From NCBI GenBank assembly GCA_963712745.1, contig CAVQJC010000020.1:192001-256000 (forward strand): a stretch of DNA of 64,000 nucleotides. Direction: 5' to 3'. The stretch comes from an uncultured Chloroflexia bacterium. GTDB lineage: Bacteria > Chloroflexota > Limnocylindria > Limnocylindrales > CSP1-4. Below are positions 27,288 through 37,488 of this stretch, in pieces. The notes below the pieces were generated by a model. The model did no database searches and was not told the origin of the DNA. It worked only from the letters and a program-made list of their open reading frames with translations. Each line of letters starts with the position of its first letter. Position 1 is the stretch's first letter. A program made the position numbers and the translations under genes.

Positions 27288-28388
27288 ATGGCCGTCGAGC
27301 TGCGTGACCTGGGCTTCCTCCACCTGGGCCGCGAGGAGAGCGGCGTGCGGCGCTACGGCCAGCTCATCGCCGACGAGGCTCGCACCCGCGCGGGCCTGAC
27401 CGTCACCGAGGTCGAGGCCGGTCGCGTCGACCAGTCCTCCGAACAGCTCGCCGCGGTAGCCGATGGCCTGGCCGACTGCGACGTGGCGCTGATGCAGTGG
27501 AACCGTCGCGGCTGGGGCAAGAACGGCCGCGCACTGCCCCGCCTGATGCGGTTCCGCCGGGCCTACAAGGGCCTGCTGGTGGTGACCATGCACGATGTCT
27601 TCGACCGTACCGGCCTCCGCCAGCGGTATCTGCAGCCCGATGCCTGGAGCCTGCGCTGGCTGGGGCGCAACGCAGATCGCATCGTGGTTCACTCCCAGAT
27701 CGAGGTCGAACGACTGCGGGGGATCGTCCCGGTCGAGAAGATGCGCGTCATCCCTCACTTCGTCGAGCGTCGCGAGCTTTCGCTGACCCCGGCTCAGGCT
27801 CGAGCCAGGCTGGGCCTCGGTGACCGCCGGCTGGTCACGCTGCTGGGTTTCGTCTACGGACGGAAGGGCCACCGCTACGCGGTCGAGGCGGTGCCCTACA
27901 TGCCCGACGACGCGGTGATGGTGTACGCGGGGGGACCGGTCGAAGGACGCACGTTCGTCCACGACCTCGCCCTCGACAAAGCCCAGGAGCTGCAGCTCGG
28001 TGACCGCTTCCGCATCACCGGCTACCTCAGCGAGGACGAGTTGGAGACCTGGATCGCCGCCACCCACCTGGCCATCCTGCCCTTCACCGACCTCTCGGCC
28101 TCGGGCTCGATGTCGTCCTGGATCTCCGCCGGCAAGCCCATGCTCGTCTCGGACCTGCCGGGCACGCGCGAGTACGCGCGCTGGGCGCCGGGTGCCCTCC
28201 ACTTCTTCGGGCCCTCCGAGCCGTGGCCGCTGGGCGCGGCCATCAGCGAGCTTCTGGCCCGACCGCTGCCCGACCCCGACCCGGGCGTGCGACAGCTGGC
28301 CCGCGAGTTGAGCATGGAGAACACGGTCGATCGCTACCTCGCTGTCGCGCGCGAGGCGCTCGCATCCCGCGGGGCTGACGGGGGCTGA
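27288..28388 (+). CDS. GT-B (GT4-like) glycosyltransferase 2
   Basis: Clear paralog of 23916..25001 (GFLH.GRE.SG.RRYG, TMHDVF, IPHFVE, LGF...RKG, SASGS). Confidence 0.85.
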   Translation: MAVELRDLGFLHLGREESGVRRYGQLIADEARTRAGLTVTEVEAGRVDQSSEQLAAVADGLADCDVALMQWNRRGWGKNGRALPRLMRFRRAYKGLLVVTMHDVFDRTGLRQRYLQPDAWSLRWLGRNADRIVVHSQIEVERLRGIVPVEKMRVIPHFVERRELSLTPAQARARLGLGDRRLVTLLGFVYGRKGHRYAVEAVPYMPDDAVMVYAGGPVEGRTFVHDLALDKAQELQLGDRFRITGYLSEDELETWIAATHLAILPFTDLSASGSMSSWISAGKPMLVSDLPGTREYARWAPGALHFFGPSEPWPLGAAISELLARPLPDPDPGVRQLARELSMENTVDRYLAVAREALASRGADGG

Positions 28389-28451
28389 CGGGATTCCGCC
28401 GGCCAGCCAGGGCCGGCGCCGACCCGGCCCGGGACGGAGGAGCCGGGCGGC

Positions 28452-29636
28452 CTACTTGATGCCGGCGTCGTCCCTGAGCTGCGCCGCCTTGTCGGTGCGC
28501 TCCCAGGGCAGGTCCAGGTCTTCGCGCCCGAAGTGGCCGTAGGCCGCAGTCTGGCGGTAGATCGGCTGCCACAGGTCGAGGGCATTGATGATGCCTGCTG
28601 GACGGAGGTCGAAGTGCTGTTCCACCAGCTTCTGGATCTCGGCGTCGGCGATGGCGCCGGTGCCGAACGACTCGACCGAGATGCTGACTGGTTCGGCGAT
28701 CCCGATACCGTAGGCCAGCTCCACCTCGAAGCGGTCGGCCAGGCCGGCTGCGACAACGTTCTTGGCCACCCAGCGGGCCGCGTACGCTGCCGAGCGGTCG
28801 ACCTTCGTCGGATCCTTGCCGCTGAAGGCCCCGCCGCCGTGCCGAGCCATCCCGCCGTATGTGTCCACGATGATCTTGCGGCCTGTGAGCCCGGCGTCGC
28901 CCATGGGCCCGCCCAGTTCGAACCAGCCAGTGGGATTGACGTGCATGATCGGATCCTGAGGGCGTAGTCCAGGCTCGATGCTGGGCAGGATCACCGTCTC
29001 CATGACGTCGGCCCGCAACTGCTCGATGCGGATATCGGGATCGTGCTGGGTTGAGACAACGACGGTGCCCACCCGCTTGGGCTGACCGTCCTCGTATTCG
29101 ACGGTGACCTGGGTCTTGCCGTCCGGTCGCAGATAGTGAAGCTGACCGCTCTTGCGCACCTCGGCGAGGCGGCGGGACATGCGGTGGGCGAGGGCGATGG
29201 GCAGGGGCATGAGCTCCGGCGTCTCGCGGCAGGCGAAGCCGAACATCATGCCTTGGTCGCCTGCCCCCAACTCCTGGCCGTCGACACCCATGGCGATGTC
29301 CGGCGATTGCTCCTTGATCGAGACGAGCGTGCCGCAGGTCAGGTAGTCGAAGCCATACTCGGCCTTGGTGTAGCCGATATCACGAACCGTGTCCCGTACG
29401 ATCGCCTGGAAGTCGACATAACCCTGGGTCGAGATCTCGCCCAGGACCATCACCAGCCCGGTAGTGGTCGCGGTCTCACAGGCGACCCGCGGCTCTGGGT
29501 ACCGGTGGGCGGCGGCGTCGGTGATGATGGCATCAAGGATGGCGTCCGAGATCTGGTCGCACATCTTGTCGGGGTGGCCCTCGGTGACCGACTCGGAAGT
29601 GAAGAGATACGGGCCCGAGTCGGTGATCCTGGTCAT
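28452..29636 (-). CDS. metK: S-adenosylmethionine synthetase
   Basis: Motifs [57 protein letters not shown]. Confidence 0.98.
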   Translation of the reverse strand: MTRITDSGPYLFTSESVTEGHPDKMCDQISDAILDAIITDAAAHRYPEPRVACETATTTGLVMVLGEISTQGYVDFQAIVRDTVRDIGYTKAEYGFDYLTCGTLVSIKEQSPDIAMGVDGQELGAGDQGMMFGFACRETPELMPLPIALAHRMSRRLAEVRKSGQLHYLRPDGKTQVTVEYEDGQPKRVGTVVVSTQHDPDIRIEQLRADVMETVILPSIEPGLRPQDPIMHVNPTGWFELGGPMGDAGLTGRKIIVDTYGGMARHGGGAFSGKDPTKVDRSAAYAARWVAKNVVAAGLADRFEVELAYGIGIAEPVSISVESFGTGAIADAEIQKLVEQHFDLRPAGIINALDLWQPIYRQTAAYGHFGREDLDLPWERTDKAAQLRDDAGIK

Positions 29637-29799
29637 GAAACAGCGCTCTCCTGTGATGGGGTCCGCGAAGGTTAGCACGCGAATCAGGCTCTCTCCCGCC
29701 CCGGGCCAAGCGACCCGGTGGCCTGTGCCCCGCGGCAGGCCACTTCGGGACCGATGGCCGTGCCCAAGACCGAAAACGCGCGCGCATGCTGCAACCCAT

Positions 29800-30528
29800 A
29801 TGGTCAACCTTCCCACCTCGATCGACCCCAAGCGCGCGGCGGAATACCTTGCCGACTGGGGTTTCCTCGCCGACCCCGACCTGCCCGACCGGCCGGGGCC
29901 AGCCTTCCTGCTCGTGGCCATCCGGGCCAAGCCGACCCTGCGCCACTACGACCCTGAACTGGTCGAGTACTGGGTCACTGGCGCGCGCGGCTTCGGCGTG
30001 CGCGAGGCCATCACCTACGCCAGCCGGATGCCGCGCGAGGCGGAGTTCTCCTGGGGCCGGATCACGGTCTCCGATCGCAAGGGCGTGGCCAACAGCTACG
30101 TCTCCTTCGGCGGCACCATGCGCGCCGAGCGCATCGACGGCGAGGTCATCTGCGTCTTCGAATCGCCGGCGCCGCTGCTGCGCCGTGGCGGTCACTCACA
30201 GGGCTGGGACACCGGCTCGTACAGCGTGGGCGGGTTCTTTGGGCGCTTCCGGGCCGCTGCTGGCTACCAGCACGAGTTCGAGACGCTGGCCGCCAAGGTC
30301 GACCCGGTGACACGTTACTCGGCCTTCGTCCACGAGCTGATGGCGCGCTACCGCTCGAGCGAGTACCTGCGTGACCATTACCCCAAGCTGTGGACCATCA
30401 TGGTCGGCGAGGAGAGGCGCCTGAAGCGCGACCATCCTGTGGCCTGGGCCGAGGGCGCGGAGTTGCTCGAGTCGACCAAGCGCGTGGCCGGTGGGGGCAG
30501 CATGGCCAGGGTCTTGCGACCGTTCTGA
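29800..30528 (+). CDS. Hypothetical protein
   Basis: Long ORF with coding-like, GC3-rich codon usage from ATG 29800; no recognised motif. Confidence 0.7.
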   Translation: MVNLPTSIDPKRAAEYLADWGFLADPDLPDRPGPAFLLVAIRAKPTLRHYDPELVEYWVTGARGFGVREAITYASRMPREAEFSWGRITVSDRKGVANSYVSFGGTMRAERIDGEVICVFESPAPLLRRGGHSQGWDTGSYSVGGFFGRFRAAAGYQHEFETLAAKVDPVTRYSAFVHELMARYRSSEYLRDHYPKLWTIMVGEERRLKRDHPVAWAEGAELLESTKRVAGGGSMARVLRPF

Positions 30529-30836
30529 CCGACCAGTGCCGCGGGTAGGCTACCCCTGCATGTCGCTGCCAGGGACCATCCGACAGAACGTAACGACGAG
30601 CCTGAGCCTTGCGCGCGACCGCGTTAGGCGCTAACCCCGGCGGATGTTGGGGACGTGGTTGCCGCAGGCAGTCGTGCTGCTGATCGTGGGTGGCATCATC
30701 CCCGGCGTGCTCGTGGACGACCTCACGCGTGGCCGCGGCGTTCGGGCGGCGCCCGCCGCCACGCTGAGCGGTGGGAGTCAGAACGGCCGGCGTCTGTGCG
30801 ACACCGGCCATCCGCGACTCAAGCGGGACCGCTCGG

Positions 30837-32171
30837 TCAGGTGCCCTGCTTCCAGGAGTTCGTGTACTCGACCTGCTCGGGGGTCATGCCCTCGATAAAG
30901 ATGCCGCGGGCCTCCAGCTTGAGCCGGGCGATCTGCGCATCGAGGTCCGCGGGCACCACGAGCACCTCGTTGGCCAGCGATTCGTGGTTGCGGGCCACGT
31001 ACTCGGCCGAGAGCGCCTGCCCCGCGAAGCTCATGTCCATGACCGCGGCCGGATGACCCTCGGCCGCACCAAGGTTGACCAGCCGGCCCTCAGCCAGCAG
31101 GTACAGCTTCTTCTCGCCGAGGTCGTACTCCCTGACGCTCTCGCGGACCTCCCGCACGTGTCCCTCGGCCAGCCGCTCGAGCGCGGCCAGCTCGAGCTCG
31201 GCGTCGAAGTGCCCGGAGTTGGCCAGCACGGCGCCGTCGGACATCACGCGGAAGTGCTCCTCGCGGAAGACGTTGAGGTTACCCGTGGCGGTGACGAAGA
31301 TCTCGCCCCACTGGGCCGACTCGCCCGCGGTCATCACCTGGTGGCCGTCCATCAGGGCCTCGATGGCGCGTACCGGATCGACTTCGACCACGGTCACTAG
31401 GGCACCCATGCCGTTGAGGCGATTGGCGATGCCGCGACCGACCCAGCCGTAGCCAGCTACGACGCAGCGGCGCCCGGCCAGAAGGTAGTTGGTCGCGCGC
31501 AGGATGCCATCGACGGTCGACTGGCCCGTGCCGTAGCGGTTATCGAAGAGGTGCTTCGTCTGAGCCTCGTTGACGGCCACGACCGGGAAGGCCAAGGCGC
31601 CATCGGCGGCCATGGCCTTGAGGCGGATGACACCGGTGGTCGTCTCCTCGGTCCCGGCAAGGACCTCGGACAGCTGTCCCGGCCGCTCCTTGTGGAGCAG
31701 CGCCACGAGGTCGCAACCGTCGTCCATGGTGATGTGCGGATGGGTGTCCGCGGCCGCGTTGAGGTGCTGGTAGTAGGTCTCATTGTCTTCGCCACGGATG
31801 GCATAGCAGCTGATGCCGTACTCCGCCACCAGGGCGGCTGCCACGTCGTCCTTCGTGGACAACGGGTTGGAGGCCACGAGCGTGACCTCGGCGCCGCCGG
31901 CCTTGAGCGTGCGCATGAGGTTGGCGGTCTCGGTGGTGACGTGCAGGCAGGCGCCGATACGCAGGCCGGCCAGCGGCTGCTCTCGCTCGAAGCGCTCGCG
32001 GATGAGACGGAGGACCGGCATCTCCCGCTCGGCCCACTCGATACGGCGAACACCTTCGTCCACGAGACCGAGGTCGGCGACATCGTGGGGCGGATAGGAC
32101 GCGGTCTGGCCAGTCATGGCGTCACCGGAGGTGGTCTGCATCGGGCGGTCGGGAGCGGGGCGTTCGGTCAT
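30837..32171 (-). CDS. ahcY: Adenosylhomocysteinase
   Basis: Motifs [64 protein letters not shown] at 32171 (alternative start 32117). Confidence 0.97.
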   Translation of the reverse strand: MTERPAPDRPMQTTSGDAMTGQTASYPPHDVADLGLVDEGVRRIEWAEREMPVLRLIRERFEREQPLAGLRIGACLHVTTETANLMRTLKAGGAEVTLVASNPLSTKDDVAAALVAEYGISCYAIRGEDNETYYQHLNAAADTHPHITMDDGCDLVALLHKERPGQLSEVLAGTEETTTGVIRLKAMAADGALAFPVVAVNEAQTKHLFDNRYGTGQSTVDGILRATNYLLAGRRCVVAGYGWVGRGIANRLNGMGALVTVVEVDPVRAIEALMDGHQVMTAGESAQWGEIFVTATGNLNVFREEHFRVMSDGAVLANSGHFDAELELAALERLAEGHVREVRESVREYDLGEKKLYLLAEGRLVNLGAAEGHPAAVMDMSFAGQALSAEYVARNHESLANEVLVVPADLDAQIARLKLEARGIFIEGMTPEQVEYTNSWKQGT

Positions 32172-33040
32172 CCATTCCTCCTGAAGTCGGAAACGAGGGC
32201 CCGGATGGGCCCGACGATGCTATCCCAGAGCGACGTTTCACGGTGGATGAGCCGCTCCTCGAACTCGGTGTGCGCGTGGTAGCCCAGGGCCTCGTAGGCG
32301 GCGATCGCCGGGGGGTTGTCGGCGCGCACGTTGAGCACGACGGTCTCACACGTGCGCAGCAGGTCCGCAGTGACCGCGCTGGTGACGACCTTGGCCAGGC
32401 CCTGGCCACGGTACTCACGGTGCGTGTAGACGTTACCCACCGCGGCGACGCCCCACTGCGGGCTGATGACATGCGTGCCGGCGGCGGCCAACAGGCGGGT
32501 CCCTCGCCGCACGCCGTAGTAGAGGCCCGCGGCCACGGCCTCCTGCGGCAGGTGGGCCGTGATGCCCAGCCCATAGAGCCGGTTGAGGTGCTGCGTGTCG
32601 GCCTGGTCCAGACGAACGGCATCGCCGACGAAGGGCTTGAACGAGGCACGGTCGACGGCCATGCGCACCATCGGCGCCGGAGCGTCGGCGCGGTAGTGGT
32701 CGCGGACCGCGGACACCACCTCCGCCCTGGCCCCGAGGTAGGCGATGCGTGGACGGACGACGTCGCGCAGGATGGCGCTGACCCCAGCCGGCTCGCCCAT
32801 GGCGAACACCGGCTGCGGCGAGATGCCCTTGTACTCCATGACCACGGCCACCGGGGTGCGCTCGTGGAAGGCGATGCCGAAGTGGGTGCGGTCGAACTCG
32901 CGGTCGTCGGTATCGGCGATGGCGTAGGCAGCGAAGATGCGGTCCTGCTCCAGGAACTGGTGGAGCAGCTCACGGTCGCGCGTCGTGCGGACCTCGAGGT
33001 GGCGCCCGGCAGCCACGCCATCCCGGGTGACGGTGGCCAT
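32168..33040 (-). CDS. GNAT (FR47-like) N-acetyltransferase
   Basis: Motifs [30 protein letters not shown]. The ATG at 33040 overlaps the upstream TGA, and the stop overlaps the ahcY start. Confidence 0.85.
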   Translation of the reverse strand: MATVTRDGVAAGRHLEVRTTRDRELLHQFLEQDRIFAAYAIADTDDREFDRTHFGIAFHERTPVAVVMEYKGISPQPVFAMGEPAGVSAILRDVVRPRIAYLGARAEVVSAVRDHYRADAPAPMVRMAVDRASFKPFVGDAVRLDQADTQHLNRLYGLGITAHLPQEAVAAGLYYGVRRGTRLLAAAGTHVISPQWGVAAVGNVYTHREYRGQGLAKVVTSAVTADLLRTCETVVLNVRADNPPAIAAYEALGYHAHTEFEERLIHRETSLWDSIVGPIRALVSDFRRNG

Positions 33041-34429
33041 CAGCGGGTCTCGCCGGGGTCGGCGGCGCCGTCCTCGGTGACGAGCAGGCCGATGTGTTCG
33101 AGCGGCACCACGTCCGCGGCCGGCACCAGTGCGTCCGCAGCCCGGACGGGCACATCCGCCAGGATAGGCGGTCAGCTCGCGGGCCGGCCGCAGCTCGACG
33201 GGGATGGCACGCCCATCGGGCGTGGACCGATCGCGGGTGGCGGCGAGACCGCTGACCATGACCAGCGGGCGCTCCATGCCAGGTCCACGCGATGCCGCGG
33301 CGGCCCCGGCGATGAGTCGGCTGCCGAGCAGTGCGCCGACGTCGCCGTTGGCAGCGATCCACTCGGCCGCGATCAGCACCGCGTCGACCGGCTCAGCATC
33401 GAATAGCCAGCCGACCGCAGCGTCGGGGATGATGCGGTGCTCGATACCGGCCTGCCGCAACTCCCAGCTGACCAGCCGCGCGCCGTCCATGAAGGGCCGG
33501 CCCTCGGTCACGAAGATGCGCAGCTCGCGGCCCGCGTCGCGCAGCGCTGACAGCGCCGCGAGTCCGGTGCCGACCAGGCCGCCGGCCAGCGCTCCCTGGC
33601 TGCCGTGGACGAGGATGGTCGCGGGGCGATCGGATGGCTGGGGCAGCGCTTGCGCGATGCCCGAGGCGATGGCGGCCTGCCAGCGCCCGATGTCCTCGGC
33701 GATGGCGTCTGCCTCCGCACGCAGCGACTGAGCCAATTCGACGCCGGGAACCGTCTCGTCGAGCTGGGCGACGGCTGCACGCATCCGTGCCATCGACCAA
33801 GCGGGCAGCCGGGCCGATGGGCGCGCCTCGACCAGTGCACGCTCGGTGCGCTGCAGCTCGATCTGGCGCTGCTCGGGCGGCTGCTCCGCACGCTCAAGGG
33901 CGGTCAGTGCCAGGCCGTAGGCGGCGACCTGGGCCATGAGCGGCCCGCCGCGGGCCACGCCCAGGCGCAGGTAGTAGGCGACGTCGCTTCCCCGCCTGGC
34001 CGAGACCTCCACCACCGATTCGGGGATGCTGCGCTGGTCAAGCAGCACCAGCTCGTCGACGGTCAGCCGGTAGGCACTGCGGAAGGCGTCCTCGGCGGCC
34101 GGCGCGGCGATGCTGACCACGGGAGCGCTGCTGCGGCCGGAGCGCGTGAACTCGGACGTGCGTCCCGGCGGCGGCTGGTCGAGCCCGAGCAGCTCGCTGG
34201 CGATGCTGCTGGAAGTGCGGCCGACCACGTCGGCCATGCCGGCGACCTGCCCCACGGCGGTGACCGCCTGCTTCCCGAACTGGAAGAAGAAGGCTCGCCG
34301 GGCGGGGTCGTGCATCCGCGGGCCCGGCTCACCGCTGGCGTCCGGGCTGGGGGCATGCGGCACTGCGGGCTCGTCCTGCGATGCACTGGGACCGTCATCC
34401 GGGACAGGCACCGGCGCAGCCTCGGCCAT
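33040..34429 (-). CDS. Degenerate methylthioribose-1-phosphate isomerase (MtnA)/eIF2B-alpha-like protein (frameshift near 33162)
   Basis: Motifs LLDQR.IP, EGRP..DGARL.SWEL, IAANGD, IPVELRP. After the frameshift the protein ends VPAADVVP..HIGLLVTEDG. Catalytic motifs are altered. Start uncertain (34429, 34492 or 34504). Confidence 0.75.
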
Positions 34430-34457
34430 CTCGGCGGAGCCCTGCGGGTCGGGACCC

Positions 34458-34979
34458 TCAGTACCCGATGACGCTGTTGATCCGGTAGCCATCGAGGCGG
34501 TCACGGCCTTTGAGGAAGCCGAGCTCGACCAGGAACGAGAGGCCCACGATGTCGCCCTTGAGCTGCTTCACCAGCTCGATCGTGCCCAGGACCGTGCCGC
34601 CGGTGGCGAGCAGGTCATCGACGATGAGCACGCGCTGGCCGGGCCGGATGGCGTCGCGGTGCACCTCGAGCGTGTTCGTACCGTATTCAAGCTCGTACTC
34701 GACACTGATGGTCTCTGCCGGCAGCTTGCCCAGCTTACGGACCGGCACGAAGCCGGCTCCCAGGTGCAAGGCCATCGGCGCGCTGAAGATGAAGCCGCGC
34801 GATTCCATGCCCACCACGATATCGATCTGCTCGCCCTTGAACGGCTCGTTCATGAGCTCGATGGCCTCGCGGAAGGCCTCGGGGTCGTTGAGCAGCGTGG
34901 TGATGTCGTAGAAGAGGATCCCGGGCTTCGGGAAGTCGGGGACTTCGCGGATCTGGGCCCGAAGCGAGTCGGCGGACAC
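34458..34979 (-). CDS. apt: Adenine phosphoribosyltransferase
   Basis: Motifs [42 protein letters not shown]. Confidence 0.97.
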   Translation of the reverse strand: MSADSLRAQIREVPDFPKPGILFYDITTLLNDPEAFREAIELMNEPFKGEQIDIVVGMESRGFIFSAPMALHLGAGFVPVRKLGKLPAETISVEYELEYGTNTLEVHRDAIRPGQRVLIVDDLLATGGTVLGTIELVKQLKGDIVGLSFLVELGFLKGRDRLDGYRINSVIGY

Positions 34980-35078
34980 GGCAGGATGCTCCCGTCATCA
35001 AGGTCTGTAGTGGGTGTTCTGGAGTCTAGCGCACGATGTAGCCCGCTCCACGCTGTTCAGGAAGGCGTCCAGGGCGCC

Positions 35079-36182
35079 TCAGCCGTCCGGCCGGTCGCTC
35101 ATGGGCGCCGCCGCTCGCCTCATGCCGTGCCGCCACGATCTCGGCCATGATGGCCAGTGCAGTCTCCGCCGGGTCGCGGCCCCCCAGGTCCAGCCCGATA
35201 GGTCCGCGCAGGCGCGCCACCTGCTCGGTCGAGCCCGGCTGCGTGCAACCGCTCGCGCCTTGCCCGCTGTGTCTTGCGGCTGCCGATAGCGCCGACGTAG
35301 CGGCACTCGCGACGCAGGGCTTCGGTGATGGCCGGATCGTCGAACTTGGGATCGTGCGAGAGCACGGCCACTGCGTCGCCGGGGCCCAGCTCGATCTCGT
35401 CGGCGACCTCGTCGGGCCAGCCGATGACCAATCGGTCGACGCCCGGGAAACGCTCAGGCCTGGCGAAGGCGGGGCGGCCGTCGATGACCACGGTCTCGTA
35501 GTCGAGCTCGCGTGCGATGCGTACGAGCATCACCGCCACCTCCACCGCGCCGACCATGACGATGCGTGGCCGCACCTCGAACGCCTCCAGGAAGAGCTGG
35601 CGACCGGCCAGTTCGACGACCTCCGAGACACCTCGTGAGAGCGCCGTGCGCGCCGACTCGACCAGGGCCGCATCGGAGGCGGCGTCACCCAGCGAGCCCT
35701 CCAGCCGGCCGTCCTCGTGCACCACGAGCGAGACTTCCGGCGCTGCCGCCGGTCCCAGGGCGGAGGCCCCGATGGACGTGCGCTGGCGAGCCGTCGGGCA
35801 GGGCGGTGACCACCACTCGCCCGGCGTGGCGGTCGTGTGCCGTGGCCCGGACCGCCTCGAGCGCAGCTGCTGGGACCAGCGGCTGCACCAGCACGTCGAT
35901 GGTGCCGCCACAGGCGAGGCCGACGTCCCAGGCGTCGTCGTCGCTGATGCCGAAGCGGACGACCCGCTGCTCTCCCGTTGAGGCAGCTTTCGCCATGTGC
36001 TCCGCCGTGGCGCCCTCGACGCAACCACCACTTACCGAGCCGCTGATGCGGCCGTCCGGGGCCCACAGCATGGTCGACCCTTCACGGCGCGGCGAGGAGC
36101 CGAAGGTGCGGACGACGACGGCCCGCGAGATGTCGACCCCGTCTTGGGCCCAGGCCTCCAGGGTGCCCAGCAGCTCCCTCAT
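35079..36182 (-). CDS. xdhC: XdhC/CoxI-CoxF family molybdo-hydroxylase maturation factor (several frameshifts)
   Basis: Motifs GSSPR..G, GSVSGGCVE, GLACGGTIDV; SHDPKFD, YVGAIGSRK; GPIGLDLG...PAETALAI.AEI, spread across three frames. Confidence 0.85.
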
Positions 36183-37484
36183 GCCACGACCCCCACCCGC
36201 GGCACCACCGGGATGGGCGCCGCACGATGCACCCGCGGACGCCCGTTGCGATCGGGTCGCCGGCTGCGGTGGCTGGCCATCTCCGCCAGCAGCTCGCCCA
36301 GGCGGTAGAGCGAAGCCAGGTCGTTCACGGCCACGAGGTCGTCGATGAAGGGATAGGCCGCGGCCATGCCGCCTGCGAGCGGCTGGTAGTACTCGCTACC
36401 GGCCAGCGGGTCGAGCCAGATGAGTCGATGACAGCTGCGCTGGAGGCGCGCCATCTCGTGCCGCACCAGGGCCGGGTCACCGCGGTCCCAGCCGTCGGAG
36501 ACGATGATGACGACACCGCTCGAGCGCAGCGTGCGGCGGGCCCAGTCGCGGTTGAACTGCCGGAGCGAGTCCCCGATACGGGTGCCGCCAGACCAGTCGG
36601 AGACCGCGGCCGAGACATGTTCCAGCCCGGCGTCGGGATCGCGACCGGAGAGCTCGTGGGTGACCCGTGAGAGGTGGGTGCCGAACACGAAGGCTTCCGT
36701 TCGCACCGCCGACATCCGGTGCAGGGCCATGGCGAAGCGGATGAGCAGGCGGGAATGTCGCTCCATGGAGCCGGTGATGTCGCAGATGACCGTGATCGAG
36801 CGTGGGCGCATGGCCGGACGCGCCAGAGCCACTCCATGAGGTCGCCGCCGTGCTGCAGGTTGGCCCGGAACATCTGCCGCGCCGCCACCAGGCGTCCGTG
36901 GCGGTGAAGCTCCTGCCGTCGCGCCCGGCGCATCTCCAGCCGCGGCCGCACCTGGTCCACCAGCCGCTCGGCGTCGCGCAGCTCGTCAGGGCTCATGCGG
37001 TCGAACGGCTTGTGCAGGAGGCGCTCACGCTCGCTCCATGACTCGACTCACCGGTCTCGTCGGCCAGATCGCCCCCTCCGCGTCCGCGCCGCCCTCGTCA
37101 GTATCACGCCCCCGCGACCTGCCCCAGGTCCTCCCCGCCCTCACCGGCGATCCGGGCCAGCTGCTCCTGGTCCCCTGCCCCACCCTCGACGTCGATCTCC
37201 AGGTCCAGCGGCTCGATGGCCAGCTCGTAGCGCTGCCAGAAGCGCGCGAAGACCTCGTCGTAGACCGGCACCTCGTCGCGCCGGCGCACGAAGATGGCCG
37301 CGCCGGCCGCACGTACCTGCTCGCGGTCGCCGATGTCGACGAGCGTCAATGCTCGCGAGTAGTCGATGGCGGCACCGATGTCGGTGGTGATGCCGGCGGC
37401 GCGCAGGGCGCGCGTGAACAGGAGCGCGTTCCAGAAGAACGCGCCGCCGGAGACGCCGGTCACGGACGGGCTCGGCTGGTTCAT
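36179..37484 (-). CDS. coxE: CoxE-like VWA domain protein (frameshifts near 37100 and 36830)
   Basis: N-terminal F.RALRAAG; VWA motifs CDITGSM, EAFVFGT.LSRVT, WSGGTRIG, IIVSDGWDRGD, LIWL.PL. Confidence 0.85.
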
Positions 37485-37488
37485 GGGT

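Noticed and set aside
28371-28450. GGGGCTGACG direct repeat and GC hairpins
   Set aside because: Only two copies, at a convergent gene junction. At most a terminator region, not a CRISPR or att site.
32168-34504. Apparent 778-aa MtnA-GNAT fusion protein in the ORF track
   Set aside because: Removing one base near 33162 restores an MtnA-type C-terminus (VPAADVVP..HIGLLVTEDG) that stops at a TGA overlapping the GNAT ATG at 33040. The linker in the fused frame is nonsense-like, so the fusion is probably an indel artefact.
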